A stretch of DNA of 56,209 bases, the filler included, from Sphacelaria rigidula (taxonomy: Eukaryota), in assembly GCA_964200075.2 (NCBI GenBank). It is 6 parts of 6 records of this genome, joined end to end, with 100 filler letters (N's around TTAATTAATTAA, not from the genome) between each part and the next. Parts side by side here need not be neighbours in the genome. Positions count along the whole stretch, not along the records: positions 28,162 to 37,444 come from CAXNAA020008840.1; positions 37,545 to 46,827 come from CAXNAA020008841.1; positions 46,928 to 56,209 come from CAXNAA020008842.1; 3 more parts are not named here. One strand, given 5' to 3'. The position numbers and the translations under genes were made by a program. This document shows positions 36,991 to 48,909 of this stretch, one piece after another. How positions within the stretch are numbered: the stretch's first letter is position 1; each line of letters opens with the position of its first letter. Under the pieces are notes generated by a model, which was not told the origin of the DNA, ran no database searches, and worked only from the letters and a program-made list of their open reading frames with translations.

Positions 36991-39900
36991 CTGAAAACAG
37001 TGAAAACAGTCATAGTCTGTTATTGATTAATACGCAGACAGTAGCTGGTATCCATTGATGAGTAGCGTACAGTATTACCTAGATGAACAGTTTGATGTAA
37101 TATTGAAAGTTCATTCTAGGAACGGGCTTAAGGAGAAGCAGGATTGCGGAACACCCGTTTAGCGTAAGAGGAAAAATAAGTGATGAGGCTGTATGGCCAC
37201 ATGCGAGTAAAAATATCCGTAGGAAGTAATGGAAAATTCTTATTGCACGGAAAGCGATCAAATGTGATCGGACAGGATAGTCGAATCCTCCGTTAAAGAC
37301 AGGACAGTATCAAGGACCGGTATTTGCGAATATAGCAAGTGAGTGGAGCGTTATTTCGGTCGGATATTTGTACCGAGGAGTCATCCTACGATAGCGGGGG
37401 GGGTATTTTGGGCCATTTGTCGCTCGAAATTTCGAGTCAGATCGNNNNNNNNNNNNNNNNNNNNNNNNNNNNNNNNNNNNNNNNNNNNTTAATTAATTAA
37501 NNNNNNNNNNNNNNNNNNNNNNNNNNNNNNNNNNNNNNNNNNNNGCGGTGCAGATAGATGCGTTTAGCTTGATTGAGCAAGCATTGCAGAGCATTGTGGT
37601 ATTTGTCTGGTCCTGCTCTTGTCGTGGAAGTGTGATGCGCAATGTATTGCCGAAATTCATGAACATAACTTGGCCTTGGCTCCGAAGGTATGCGAAGAAT
37701 TAAAGCTTCATTAACACGAACTTTTATTCTTTGTATACTTTTCATTTCTATTTTTTTATGTTTTTATTTTTATGTATGGGATTTAGTACCCCCCCCCCCC
37801 TCCCGAAAACACCCAGGATTAAAAAAATCGGCATCGGGCCTCGCATTTTGTTTTCGGGGCACTACTGGTCCATCGTAAGTTTGTGCAATGACCCATAGCA
37901 CATTTGTGCAAAGTTTCGGGCTCTAACTCCTGAAAACGGCTTGGATTTTTACGCGTTCGTGTGATGAGGACAGCTTTAAAAGTGCAAACTCCTAACTACC
38001 TGGTTTTCGTACAAAACGTCTTTTCCGGATCTGTGTCTGGTGGCAAGGTCCCATCATCGTACCACCGTGGTTCCAACTCCATAGCATCTATACCGGACGA
38101 CGACAGTGCCAACAGTGAGGTGTTTGTTTAAGGTTGAGGCGAGAAAAAATGTATGGCGTTTCGAGTTTCCCGACCAACCATTATACATGTGTTCCTTGAA
38201 CTACCCCGGGACGCATCATCATATACATATATATTCGGGGGAGGGGAGGCATACTCATTTGTTGCTTGCCTCAGTCGTTTGACCATTCACCACGCATTCC
38301 TTTCGAGACGGAGCACCGTTCCTACTCCTCATGGAGACACCTCCAGCATTTGTTTTGGGGGGGGAGCGCGGTCCACTCTGCCTTCGGGGGGTCTTCACGC
38401 TGCGACCCCTTAAAGCCGGTCGAGAACGGAGACACTTTGAAATGTTGTCAACAGCACATTTTTCCCCATTCACGGCACCAATACTTGCGGACCTGCCAAG
38501 CTTGGGGGCGATCTGAGCTGTTCTACGACAGATGCAAGGGAAATCGTCACGAGGCTTCCTGAGTCTTTCGTGCGAATCATCAAAGGAAATTGGAGGACGC
38601 AAAACCCCAAATCACCGAAACACCATGGTTTCGAGTATAATTCGACCCCGTAGTGAACCTTTTTCAGATCAGCTTTTGCCGTTAGAATCCCGAGGTCACG
38701 GCGGTTATTACGATTCGAAACATGGGGAGATTGGATTAAAATTGGGCTTGGAATTCGTATTTTCGGTTTCAGAACGATTTGGAGGGTGCTAATTAGTCGA
38801 GGTACATTTTCGCCCCTGGCGCCATCACTATGAACTTGAACATAAATCCGGCTATATAGATGTCACTCTTTTCAGCCGTTCATGACGGTCAGTAAGATAT
38901 AATTTATGCGACTATTGCGTCGGTATTGCGGAAGGTGTTCGCCGATGACACAATTCAGGGTGATGAGCGTGAACATGCCCAGCACGTACGGATCCTCTTT
39001 CGAAATCGAGACATTTGCCATCACCCACCGTTTCTCACGGAGGTGTGACTGAAAACAACATTTTCCTGGGCGTATCACTGGGCCTGGGACTATGAGCGGA
39101 CACCATCTCGGAGCGGGAAGTACGGGCGATCAAAGTGTTGAAACTTTCACGGAAAACATGCTCCAGAGAAATGACCGTGATGTCTTCACTCCAATTCTCG
39201 TTTTCGCGTTGCAATGTGGCTTGTAGACAACGTATGCATTACAATAAGCGCACCGTGTCCTAATGATAGGTAGGTTCGTAGGTGCGAGTGGAAGGACGGA
39301 GTAAGACAAGTTATGTCTGCTGGGGTTGATTCGGACTGGAAAGTTTTCACCGGTTTTTTTGTTCATTTGGATCAATAGCGGTGACGAAGGGATACGTTTT
39401 CGTTATAGATACATAGTATGGGTCAAATTGCTACATTCCACACGATTCAAGTGTCATGGTAGCACACTAAGCGCCAAGCGTGGTCGTGAGCACTGAAATA
39501 GTACCAAAAACAGCAAGTCGGCATATATTTGTATATATGTATATATATATATAGCGCAGCAATGTCGGGGCGATGCGCGTATCAAACTGTGTGGTACAAC
39601 AGCAGTACTAAGATTCGCGGATCAGATTTTCCGGAATTCGAAACTCGCTCGACGGCCTTGAGAAGGCCGTCGCGCCAGTCTCTCCTTTCTCGAAAATCCT
39701 GCAAAAACTGCGCACAAGCCTTATTTAGGCATTCAAGACGGCTGGAACAACCAACATCGATCGCATTATTCTGGACCTCTTAGCCTGTCGCTTCACGCGA
39801 GCATAGAACGCCACCACACACGTGTAATATAATAATGTACTATGATCATCGTTAATAATTGCACACTCGAACTCACCAACAAAAGACATACGATTGAAAA

Positions 39901-40463
39901 ACGATTCCAAACCATCTTCCGATCATCTCGCGAGAACACGTGCCACACCCAACACACTGACCGTGAGTGCCCCTGCCTCTCCCTGAATCACATGGTACAT
40001 GAAAGATACGGGGTCAGGCACCGGCCCAACGTCGTTGTGCAATTCACAGTCTCTGTGTGTCAAGTAGGAATGCAGTCAAAAGACATCTTTCATCCATCAT
40101 ATGTCAAGTGATCTCACCATCGATCGGGCAATCGCGACAACGGAGATGAGACTCTCCGTCCCCAAAACTCTCACTTCGTAAGTCCGAAGACTGTTTCATA
40201 ATACGATATCTCACTCCAGTCTCCAGCTGACTTGGAGTTATTCGAGATGTACATAGAAGCATTCAAGACTTTACATTTCTATGCCCGCACGTGGACCCAA
40301 GCACACCATGCTATTTCATCTCTCATCACGCATGTGCCGCACTGCTCTCCTCCCCGTGATCGCATTCATCACACACAAATGAAGAATTTTCCGAGAGGAG
40401 TAACCTCACGACAAGCAGAGGGCGACCTACTCGCTTCACACGGACATCACCATCCCCACCCAC

Positions 40464-40491
40464 ACCACCACCACCACCACCACCACCACCT

Positions 40492-40543
<52 letters not shown>
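40464..40543 (+). repeat. Compound (CCA)n/(CAA)n microsatellite
   Basis: Direct reading of the sequence. Confidence 0.95.
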
Positions 40544-40544
<1 letters not shown>

Positions 40545-41023
40545 ATACGACTACGACAACGTTCGCACTTTCAGATACTCGGTGGCCGCTCTTTCAACCA
40601 TATGCCAAAGCGACCCACACCCACCCACACCCAGCTTCATACTAGTCCACCACTACCCCAGCGCCTGGACATGGCAAGCATGGGCGCGCATTTCCCGCCA
40701 AAAGCAAACAAAACGCAGGCAGAATCGGCCGGATCCAGAGGGTGCCATTTTTACTGCTAAAAACAAGATTACGACATGTATGTCCACTGCAACTCATCTC
40801 GACAACAACTCTCGGTGCTATCAAAGCTCACGCTCATGTTACATAATACGGCGGTACACTGGTACATTGGGCAAGGCGAACGTTTTACTTTAGACGAAAA
40901 CACATGAAAAACATAACAACACAGGAAAGACTAGTCATGCTGCTCATGTTCTGTGGACCAGCAGAGACGGGAGAAGGAAGGCCGACCGCCCCCTGTCTAT
41001 CCAGGAAAGGGAGAGAAACCTTC

Positions 41024-41134
41024 TCAGAATTTCCCGTCTCGGTCGTGAGGCTCCTTCAGCGTCGACAGGAAGTCCGGCCCGACGGGAATGATGGAGAACG
41101 TGTTGAGCGCCTTGTGGCTCGTGAAGTAAAACCT
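41024..41134 (-). CDS. yqjG: GS-hydroquinone reductase terminal exon (RFYFTSHKALNTFSIIPVGPDFLSTLKEPHDRDGKF*)
   Basis: gtgtag acceptor; conserved Y.SH..LN...IIP.GP tail; TGA stop. Confidence 0.93.
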   Translation of the reverse strand, partial: RFYFTSHKALNTFSIIPVGPDFLSTLKEPHDRDGKF

Positions 41135-41881
41135 CTACACGATCGGAGGCAGGCACGCAGGCGCGCAGTCCAGTCCGCAGGCACGGAGCAGCACAAAAAG
41201 TCGGAAGGCAGAGGAGGCAACGACAATTTTAGGTAGGAAAAAACAAACGATTGACCGAGAACGGCGACAAGAACCTGACGAGAAAACCCCGCAGCGTAAC
41301 GCACCGCCGTACACCACACACCCAAGGAAAAGAAAGACATACACTACACCACAACTCAGGAGACCACGAAAAATGGTTCAAATATTTCAAATAAACGAGG
41401 CCAGAACAACGATGTCTCCCCGACGTGAGCCTTGCTACACTGCACACTAGCCATGCTTCGTTTCAGTTAGCTTCCTCATCGCGGTATGTCACGTCACATA
41501 GGCATTCGATGTGTGATCATGACTCCCCGCTGGCTGGGCTGGTACACCGACACCGACAGCCAGTTCGGTCAGGCGTTTGTGGCTTCGGCTGCCTACAGAT
41601 CATATCAAAATGGCCCCTGTATCAAGATTCTGGCTAATGTCGAAGACGTGAGAATGTGATTAGCGAATACAGTTTCAGAAAAGTCGACAATGTGCAGGAG
41701 CGCTAATTCAACGGTCGGTAGCATCTTCCCGAGCAGGCACCGACAGACTCGTCCCCTATGGAGGGGGGGGGGGGGGGGGGGGGAACAACATTCTGCGGCG
41801 GTGGCCGGCGCCGGGGAAAACGACCGGCGCACCACGTGGGACGCGCCCCCCCCCCCCCCCNNNNNNNNNNGGCGGGGGCGG

Positions 41882-41943
<62 letters not shown>

Positions 41944-44900
41944 GTTCAAAGTATGTTGCTGTGGACGGCTCCGGAGGAAAAGGTTCGGTAGGCACGTTGG
42001 TCGAGAACCTCCCCTCCCCCTCCCTCCCCCGCCCCGCCCAACACACATTAAAGGGCTCCACTGTGTCAAGCTCCACCGTGAAGGATCGACAGGACACATC
42101 GAGAAGAATAAGCGAACGACAAAGTGACCATCAAACTGAAAATCATCAGCAACACCCCCAGCAGAGGAACAACGGAGATATACGCAAAACTCACACAACA
42201 TGATGACAAAAACACACTCGTACACGCTCTCTCCCTCCCTCCCTCCCCCTCTTGTCACAAAACACATCAAACATCAAATATCATCCAAACACACACAAAT
42301 GATACCACTTACCCTGATGTGATCCATCTGAGTGGTGTCGGCGAAGCCTTCAGGAAACGTCTGATACAAGTCTCGGACGTAGTTGAGGATGTTGGGATAG
42401 TCCACGATCCGCTTCTTGTTGCACTTGAAGTATACGCTGTACACCTCATCGAAGCGGATCAAGGAAGGGAACACCCGCACGTCGGACATCGACATCCTGT
42501 TGCCGGCCAGGTAGCGCCTGGTCGCCAGCAGCTGCTCCAACCTTTTTGTGGGGAACATATTAGTTTGGGGAGAAAAGGCAGACCGCCGCACACCCAGCAG
42601 ACAGAGAGGCAGGCAGGCAGAAGGGAGCCCTTGTAAGCGGGTGGTGATGTTGTGGTGTACTGCATTTCATATACCATGTGTATCCCACAGAAAGTTGATG
42701 AACACAGGGCCCGTGTAGTTTCACGATTTCTCCCCCCCCCCCAGTTTCGTCCTATCGGCGGTGTGTTTCACGTCTTGAATGCTTGTGGGATTTCAAGATT
42801 CTACCATACGTTAGAGACGACCATTGAGGTCCCTTCACGTCAACTCGAGTACACTACTATACATAGATACGGGATATCGCAAACAGCAGTTATGAATAAC
42901 CACACGATACCAACAGCCGTATATCTCACCACTTTGGCGTGTGTATGCACCATTCGTGTCTGCACGTAACCACTTAGCACTACTCTCCTTGCCCCCCGCC
43001 TGGTGAGTAAACCTTGGTTTCCCATGTTCATATGGCACATTTGATGCTCAAGTACATCATGTGTCTGAGACGACGGACAACGCCCGCGTTGGCTTTGTCG
43101 AGAGATACGCCTACCCTTGAGGAAACCCAACACCATCACCACCAAAGGCAATAACTTGACCCTAAAACCATCAACAGCAAGAACAGGGACATGAAAATCA
43201 CAGGTCGACGACGTTCACTCACTTTTCGAGGTGCGAAAAAACACCGTCGACGGCCACGTCGTACACCTCCTGGGACTTCGCCCACCCAGCCTTGTACACG
43301 CCGTTGCAGACCTCGTCGTACATCCAGCCGTCCACTTCGGCCATAGCGCTCTCCATCTCGGCCGGCTCTAGGTCCGACCCCGGGTTAGTAACACCCTCGA
43401 CGTCGTTGAAGGCTGTGTTGAAGATGCTGATGATCTCGGCGGATTCGTTGTTGACGATAGTCTTCGTCTGTTTTATTTTTCGGGAGCGTATAAGAACATT
43501 GAGCGCCGAGACATGACAGGTCAACGTCATTTATGTGTCATGCTCGTCGTGCACGTTTGAGGTATACGGGCTCAATGTTATGGGAGCAGGTTAAACCCCC
43601 ACTCCGAAAATGAACATCGTATTCATTCCACTATATTATATTGGAATTGATACGGGACCAACAAATCACGGCCTCTTTCTCGCCTACCGCCATACTTGTC
43701 GGTGAATACAGTGATAAGTACAACTACAACTACAACTACAAAAACAATATCTACTACCACCAATACTACCCCCACTAGTATGACTACTACCATTATACAT
43801 AACACATGCAGCTATATGACCCTCACCAGACGGGAGAAAGCATGATATCGTAACCCCCCCCCCTCCCTTCGGTTCCTCCCTGACCCCCGCCATCCCAACC
43901 CATGTTTGACCGTGACCACCAACAAACCTTGTTGTCCCAGAGAATCGGAACCGTGTACTTCTTGAGCGTTCCGGGCTCCGTTACCATGTCGTAGATGTCT
44001 CGTACCACCTTGAATCCGTGCAGAGGGTCGGGGATAGACCCGTCCGACGGGACTTTGCCGTATCCGCTCGGCGGCACAAACGGCGGGTCGTCGGGGTTCG
44101 CGAATGTCCATCCATAGTGCCTGGGCGTTGTAGGCGTGCAGAGACGCGGCAGAGCGGAGGAGGTGTATCCAACGGTAGGAACGAAACATTCAAGGGGGGG
44201 GGAATGAACACAACGAGGAAGGAATGCAAAAGGAGCGTTTCGTTCACCAATGCCGTCATACGATAAACACTTCAAAGAAGTCGCGTGATAATGCTTGGTG
44301 ACGTCATATGTCTGTATGCAGATGCCCGTGTTTTCCACGACACAAGAGCCACCCACGGCACTGTACTCCACAGCTCGCGAGACCGTTCCCGCCATCTACA
44401 TTGGACCCGTGTTATGTTGTGACAACGCCTGGAATCGTGCCGGATCAGTTGATGCCAGGCGACCAAACAACACGGCATCAGCAACAGCAACAGTAACAGT
44501 AACAGTAACAACAACATCATCAACTCACTCGTCGTTGTCATCGTCCGGCCGAGTCTTCTGCCAGGTCGGATGCGTGGCGGACATTCCGATGATTCCCTGG
44601 AGTCCTTTCAACGCCTGGGTCGACGACCACACAGGATCACCAAAAATACGGATTAGGTGTGGTGTTCCTGATCTCGAACCAGACTGAAGTCGAATCAGAC
44701 TGAAGTCGAATCAGACGAGACGGTCACTCGACTCTGGTACCGTGTGTGAGTAGATTCCCGTCTGTTCCTTTCAACAACACGTGGGGGGCTGTAGGCATAC
44801 ATCACGCGTGCTGATTGTAACTCGTTTTTCGTTTCCTTCAACCCAAATGTTTGAAATACTGAATCCATTTGAAATTAAACGCGCCAAGATCTTCCACGAA

Positions 44901-46439
44901 TCTCAAATAGTCAGAACAACAAAGAAAGTGGCGGGCTCACAAGAGTACGTGTGTGGAGCATATTCCACCCATGACAATAACGTGTGATTTGTTTTTGTTT
45001 CCTTGGCCACGTCACAACAATCTCCGGTGCTGTCTTTTACCTGTGCCATGACGAAAGTGATCAGTACTACAAGCGCTTCTTGTTCTACTCACCCAAGCGA
45101 TGAGCGCGCGCTGAGACCACGGGCACGCATAGCAGACGTAAAGGTGATAGCGTCCAGCCTCTGGGAAAATATCACAAAACAAGACGGCAGACGTAAACAA
45201 CAATTGACAGCACAACATGGGTTATACTCGCGGACTGGGTCACCAGGGTTATCAACAGCACGAGTATTTGGGGAAAGGAATAAAGAAATGGTGAAGTCTT
45301 CTAAGATCAGGCGGCGGAATTTTGCCTCTCGTATCATAGCGGGCAGCGCGACTGCCATTACCGCGCGACGAGTACACGGCTGGATTCCTGGGGGTTCAGA
45401 TGAAGTGCGGCAACCAATAAATCAATTAATCAAAAAGAGCAGGAGTTCCATGCTGTATACACTCTTATCGCAAAGCAGTGATGCCGATTAACCAAAAGAG
45501 GAAGAAACTAAGATCTCCCCTGCTTGCTGGGGTCCATGCGTTCTCTGCACATGCCCCTTGCTCCGTCTCGAAAGGGATGTGTGGTCAAACGACTAAGGCA
45601 AGCGAAAAGTGAGTACGCCCCCCCCCCCCCCCCCCCCCCTCCCAACAAAACTACATAACAAAAAAATCTCAAAAACCATCAAAACANNNNNNNNNNCCCC
45701 CTCCCTCTCTTCCGCAATGATGTTTGTTGGACCACAAAAGAAAAAAAAAAAAGTAGGTGCCCCCCCCCCCCCCCCCCCCCATGCCTCTAGAACGGTACGT
45801 GAGAAGGCCTACCATACTCTGAAAGTGCCAACGCTTGGAGTATTTGACCAATACAACTGTCCTAGACAAGATCCCCCCCTCCCGCCAGCGTGTCTCAAGA
45901 GGACAACGGGACAACATCTGATGCTGTTTTTGCCGCCCTTGGAATGCACGTAACAGTCCAACAAGGGGGGGAGGGCGTACTCGTTTGTTGCTTGCCTTAG
46001 TCGTCAGACCATTGACCACACATCCCTTTCGAGACGGATCACTATTCCTATTCCTAATAGAGACACCTCCAAGTTTTGGGTGCTTATCAGTAGGGTTTTC
46101 CCATGCATCACACAAGCACCTCGTGACATATTATGCCTCCTTCCCGTTTCGCGTCTGTGGCCGTCATCATCCATTTCCCAGTACAGCGATCGTTTTCTCG
46201 CTATTATCTCACGTACCAAACAAAGGCATCCCGCGCGGAGGGGGGGGCGACGGGGGGGGTGGAATAACCAGCTATCTGGTCGAGCTCACACGTCGAAAGA
46301 CGGGGTCGTACTTGCTTACACTGTTTCGGAAATACGACGGAAAACGGATGAACGTACCAGGCTTGAACTTGGGGTGATCAGCGCTCACAGTGTCGCGGAA
46401 GACGGTCGGCGCGCGTTTCAGGCTTCCATCTTTGTCTAC
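41024..46439 (-). CDS. yqjG: Glutathionyl-hydroquinone reductase / Xi-class (omega-like) glutathione transferase, YqjG/ECM4 type; exons 46358-46439, 45093-45160, 44529-44614, 43928-44120, 43223-43467, 42313-42541, 41024-41134; start exon missing
   Basis: Seven exons sum to 1014 nt with matched phases (1,0,2,0,2,0). Translation has the family motifs DKDGSLKR..FRD, RYHLYVCYACPWSQR, LKGL..HPTWQKTRPDD..HYGWTF, KYTVPILWD|KTIVNNESAEI, NGVYKAGW, D.RVFPSLIRFDEVY.VYFKCN and YFTSH..LN..SIIPVGP, ending in TGA at 41024-41026. The symbol denotes the family homologue. Confidence 0.96.
42313..42541 (-). CDS. yqjG: GS-hydroquinone reductase exon (RFDEVYSVYFKCNKKRIVDYPNI)
   Basis: AAG acceptor (cacaaaaag|G), AGG|GTAAGT donor. 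Confidence 0.93.
43223..43467 (-). CDS. yqjG: GS-hydroquinone reductase exon (TKTIVNNESAEI...NGVYKAGW)
   Basis: acag acceptor, AA|GTGAGT donor, phase 2. Confidence 0.95.
43928..44120 (-). CDS. yqjG: GS-hydroquinone reductase exon (HYGWTF...KYTVPILWDNK)
   Basis: cccag acceptor, AAG|GTTTGT donor. Confidence 0.95.
44529..44614 (-). CDS. yqjG: GS-hydroquinone reductase exon (ALKGLQGIIGMSATHPTWQKTRPDDDND)
   Basis: cccag acceptor, GA|GTGAGT donor, phase 2. Confidence 0.93.
45093..45160 (-). CDS. yqjG: GS-hydroquinone reductase exon with catalytic CPW motif
   Basis: ttttcccag acceptor; EAGRYHLYVCYACPWSQRALIAW; TGG|GTGAGT donor. Confidence 0.95.
45560..46070. repeat. Two family B copies (Gn-CGTACTC(A)TTTGTTGCTTGCC…CCCTTTCGAGACGG) in inverted orientation within a GST intron
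   Basis: 45560-45639 (-) and 45965-46070 (+). Other copies at 9126-9201 (-), 32888-32960 (+) and 38243-38346 (+). Confidence 0.8.
46358..46439 (-). CDS. yqjG: GS-hydroquinone reductase exon (VDKDGSLKRAPTVFRDTVSADHPKFKP)
   Basis: cgcag acceptor, G|GTACGT donor, phase 1. Confidence 0.9.
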
Positions 46440-48909
46440 CTGCGATTTTTAATCACACGGGCATCCGACAGGGGAGAGCAGATGGAAGTACATTCAACGG
46501 TACGTGTACACGTGGAGCGAAAGTTGGATGGTTGTCTTCGTTGACTACAGTAGAGGGCGGAAATAGTTATGGTTGATTGGTTGGATGGACTGATTGGTTG
46601 GCTGGTTGGTCAGACGCCTCATTATACAAAGCCCTGACGAAGCAGGAAATATGCCGACATAAAAAAATCGATGGCAATAACCATTTCACTGTGGAAGACC
46701 GCAGAAGAATCCCCCAGCACACGCCACGGGTGCAGGAAAACTCCAAGGCTCGGACAAATCAATGATTCGTCTGGAAATTACTTGGTTTTAGTATAACTGA
46801 TTCGACTCGTACGAATCAATCCCTAGGNNNNNNNNNNNNNNNNNNNNNNNNNNNNNNNNNNNNNNNNNNNNTTAATTAATTAANNNNNNNNNNNNNNNNN
46901 NNNNNNNNNNNNNNNNNNNNNNNNNNNGTGCCCTCAAGGACATGTGTGCAAATTTTCGTGGTCTAACTCGAAAAACCGGCGTGAGGAATTCCCGGGGAAT
47001 GAATTTTGGGCGTTCAATCTGAACCAGCTCGTATACTCACGAAACATTTTGGGACTTCTCTGCAACGGGTACCCCATACGGAATAAAAACTGCACCAAAC
47101 TCCCAAAAAGTTCGAATATAAAAAATGAACGAGAAAATTGAACCTCTGTTCGACAGCACACAACAAATGTTTTCCTTTCGGTCGAGAAAAATTTACGTGA
47201 TTTTAAAGTAGCACGCTGAGGGGAAGCGGGGGGAAGGGTGGTGCCGGAACTGAGAAATGTGCCACCCCTTGCTGGCTCGGTAAGATTTACTGGAATACCA
47301 CCCCCCTCCATCTTCATCAACCCAAGGGACGATGAGGAAGCCGTCGGGGCACCGGAGCACGGCCCTAGTACCAGAGGTGCACTGACGCCGGCCAGGTACT
47401 GTTGTGGTCATCATTCTTATGTACACCTCCCACGTACGTTTACGAGCTGGGCCAGCTTAGAAGCAGCTGAAAATTGCTCACATCACAGCTTCCCCAGTTT
47501 CCCGAATGAACCCGATGTAAGCATATCACTGCGAAGTGTAGACCAACCTGGTGACACACGGCACCACCGCTAAATGAAGGAAAAAATCGAAAAAAAATGT
47601 ACTGCATAATATAACATCAACGACAGACGAACCAAAAAGAGAATCTGTCGAGATTCGAACTCATGACCTCCATAGTTAGAGTCTCCCATCACTTGAATCA
47701 TGGGGGTGCAACAGCGTCACGCGAAATGTTGCACGCACGGCCCAATTGGACGACTCTCAAACTGAAATTTCAGGAAGACCTTCTGCACCCAAGGAAATGA
47801 TACGTCACGTGAGCAGCTGCAGATTCTCATTTTTTTCCTGGACTTATGGCATTATCTTGTTTTTGCTAAAATTTCGAGTCCCCATAACTTCCTTATTTAT
47901 AATTTTTCATTTGCTGCTCACGTGATATTCTGCATTTCGATCATAAAAAGCTGCTGTTAAAATTTCAATGTCCAACTACTAATATCGCGCCGTGCGTCGC
48001 CTGAGCGAGATTCACACCTACTCTTGGCTGGCCCAGCTCGTAGCTGGCATTGCAATAAAACTGGGGGTCTCGCTGACAACTGCCTAGGGCGATAGGATAG
48101 AAGTACGACTGGGCTTGCTTGCGATAGTCCTGAGGTAGCACGCGGCATTTGCGATATGGCACGACAGACCGTGTAGACTCCGGCTCGTTCATGTTTGTAT
48201 CGCGTGATGGAAGGAGCAAGACGTACCCTTATTGCCTGCTCCTGTCTTCTCTTATCGGCTATTGATTCTTCCTCGGATACTGGCCTTGCGGTGTTCCCAG
48301 CTGTGCACCTACCTGAAAATACTTGTAATTTGTCCTTGGATTTCATCGCTTCTGCATTCTTCCTCTCTGTTCCCTCTTATCATTTACACCTCTCACTATA
48401 CATCTCGTTGTTCCTTTCCTCTTCGTGTTGTGCAGTAGCAATTTAGTGCCTTGCTTCTGTGGGCTTCACGGGTGAGAGCTCATGCCCGAGCAGTATGGTC
48501 CGAAAAAGAGCTGAGCCGCCAGCTACTCCTGTGACCTATTTGTCGTATTCGATGCATAGGTGCATTTTTGTTATTTCTCGAACGGCTTCGCTTTTCTCCA
48601 TCAGAAGCCAGGCTATAGGGGACGGTCATTTCGCTATTAATTCGTTACTCATTGGATCCATCATTGTTGGGCTCTTTATTCCTAGCTCTTCTCTTCTCTC
48701 CTCCCCTCCCCTCCCCTCCTTTTCCTCCTTGTACTTGGCTTTTGTCTTATTTTATAATCGCTTGTTCTTGTTTTTCGATTTACTCCGCTTTTTTTCTTCC
48801 CCTCCCCCCCCCTCTACTTTTCGTTTTTCAACGAGTTCTTCGGTTTCGTTTACCTTGGATATGTCCCTCGAGGATCACGCCATGTGTAACAATCAAGCAA
48901 TAATTCAAA

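Noticed and set aside
41757..41943. Gly/Pro-rich ORFs over poly-G tracts (also 32960-33050, 45618-45780)
   Set aside because: Homopolymer runs next to 10-N gaps inside introns; low-quality or low-complexity sequence, not coding.
45089..45358. ORF with IREAKFRRLI as the GST first exon
   Set aside because: It is intronic; exon 46358-46439 supplies the DG..KR...FR motif with correct phase and splice sites.
47640..47695. Minus-strand B-box (GAGTTCGAATCTC), tRNA-like
   Set aside because: No A box or cloverleaf; at most a decayed SINE fragment.
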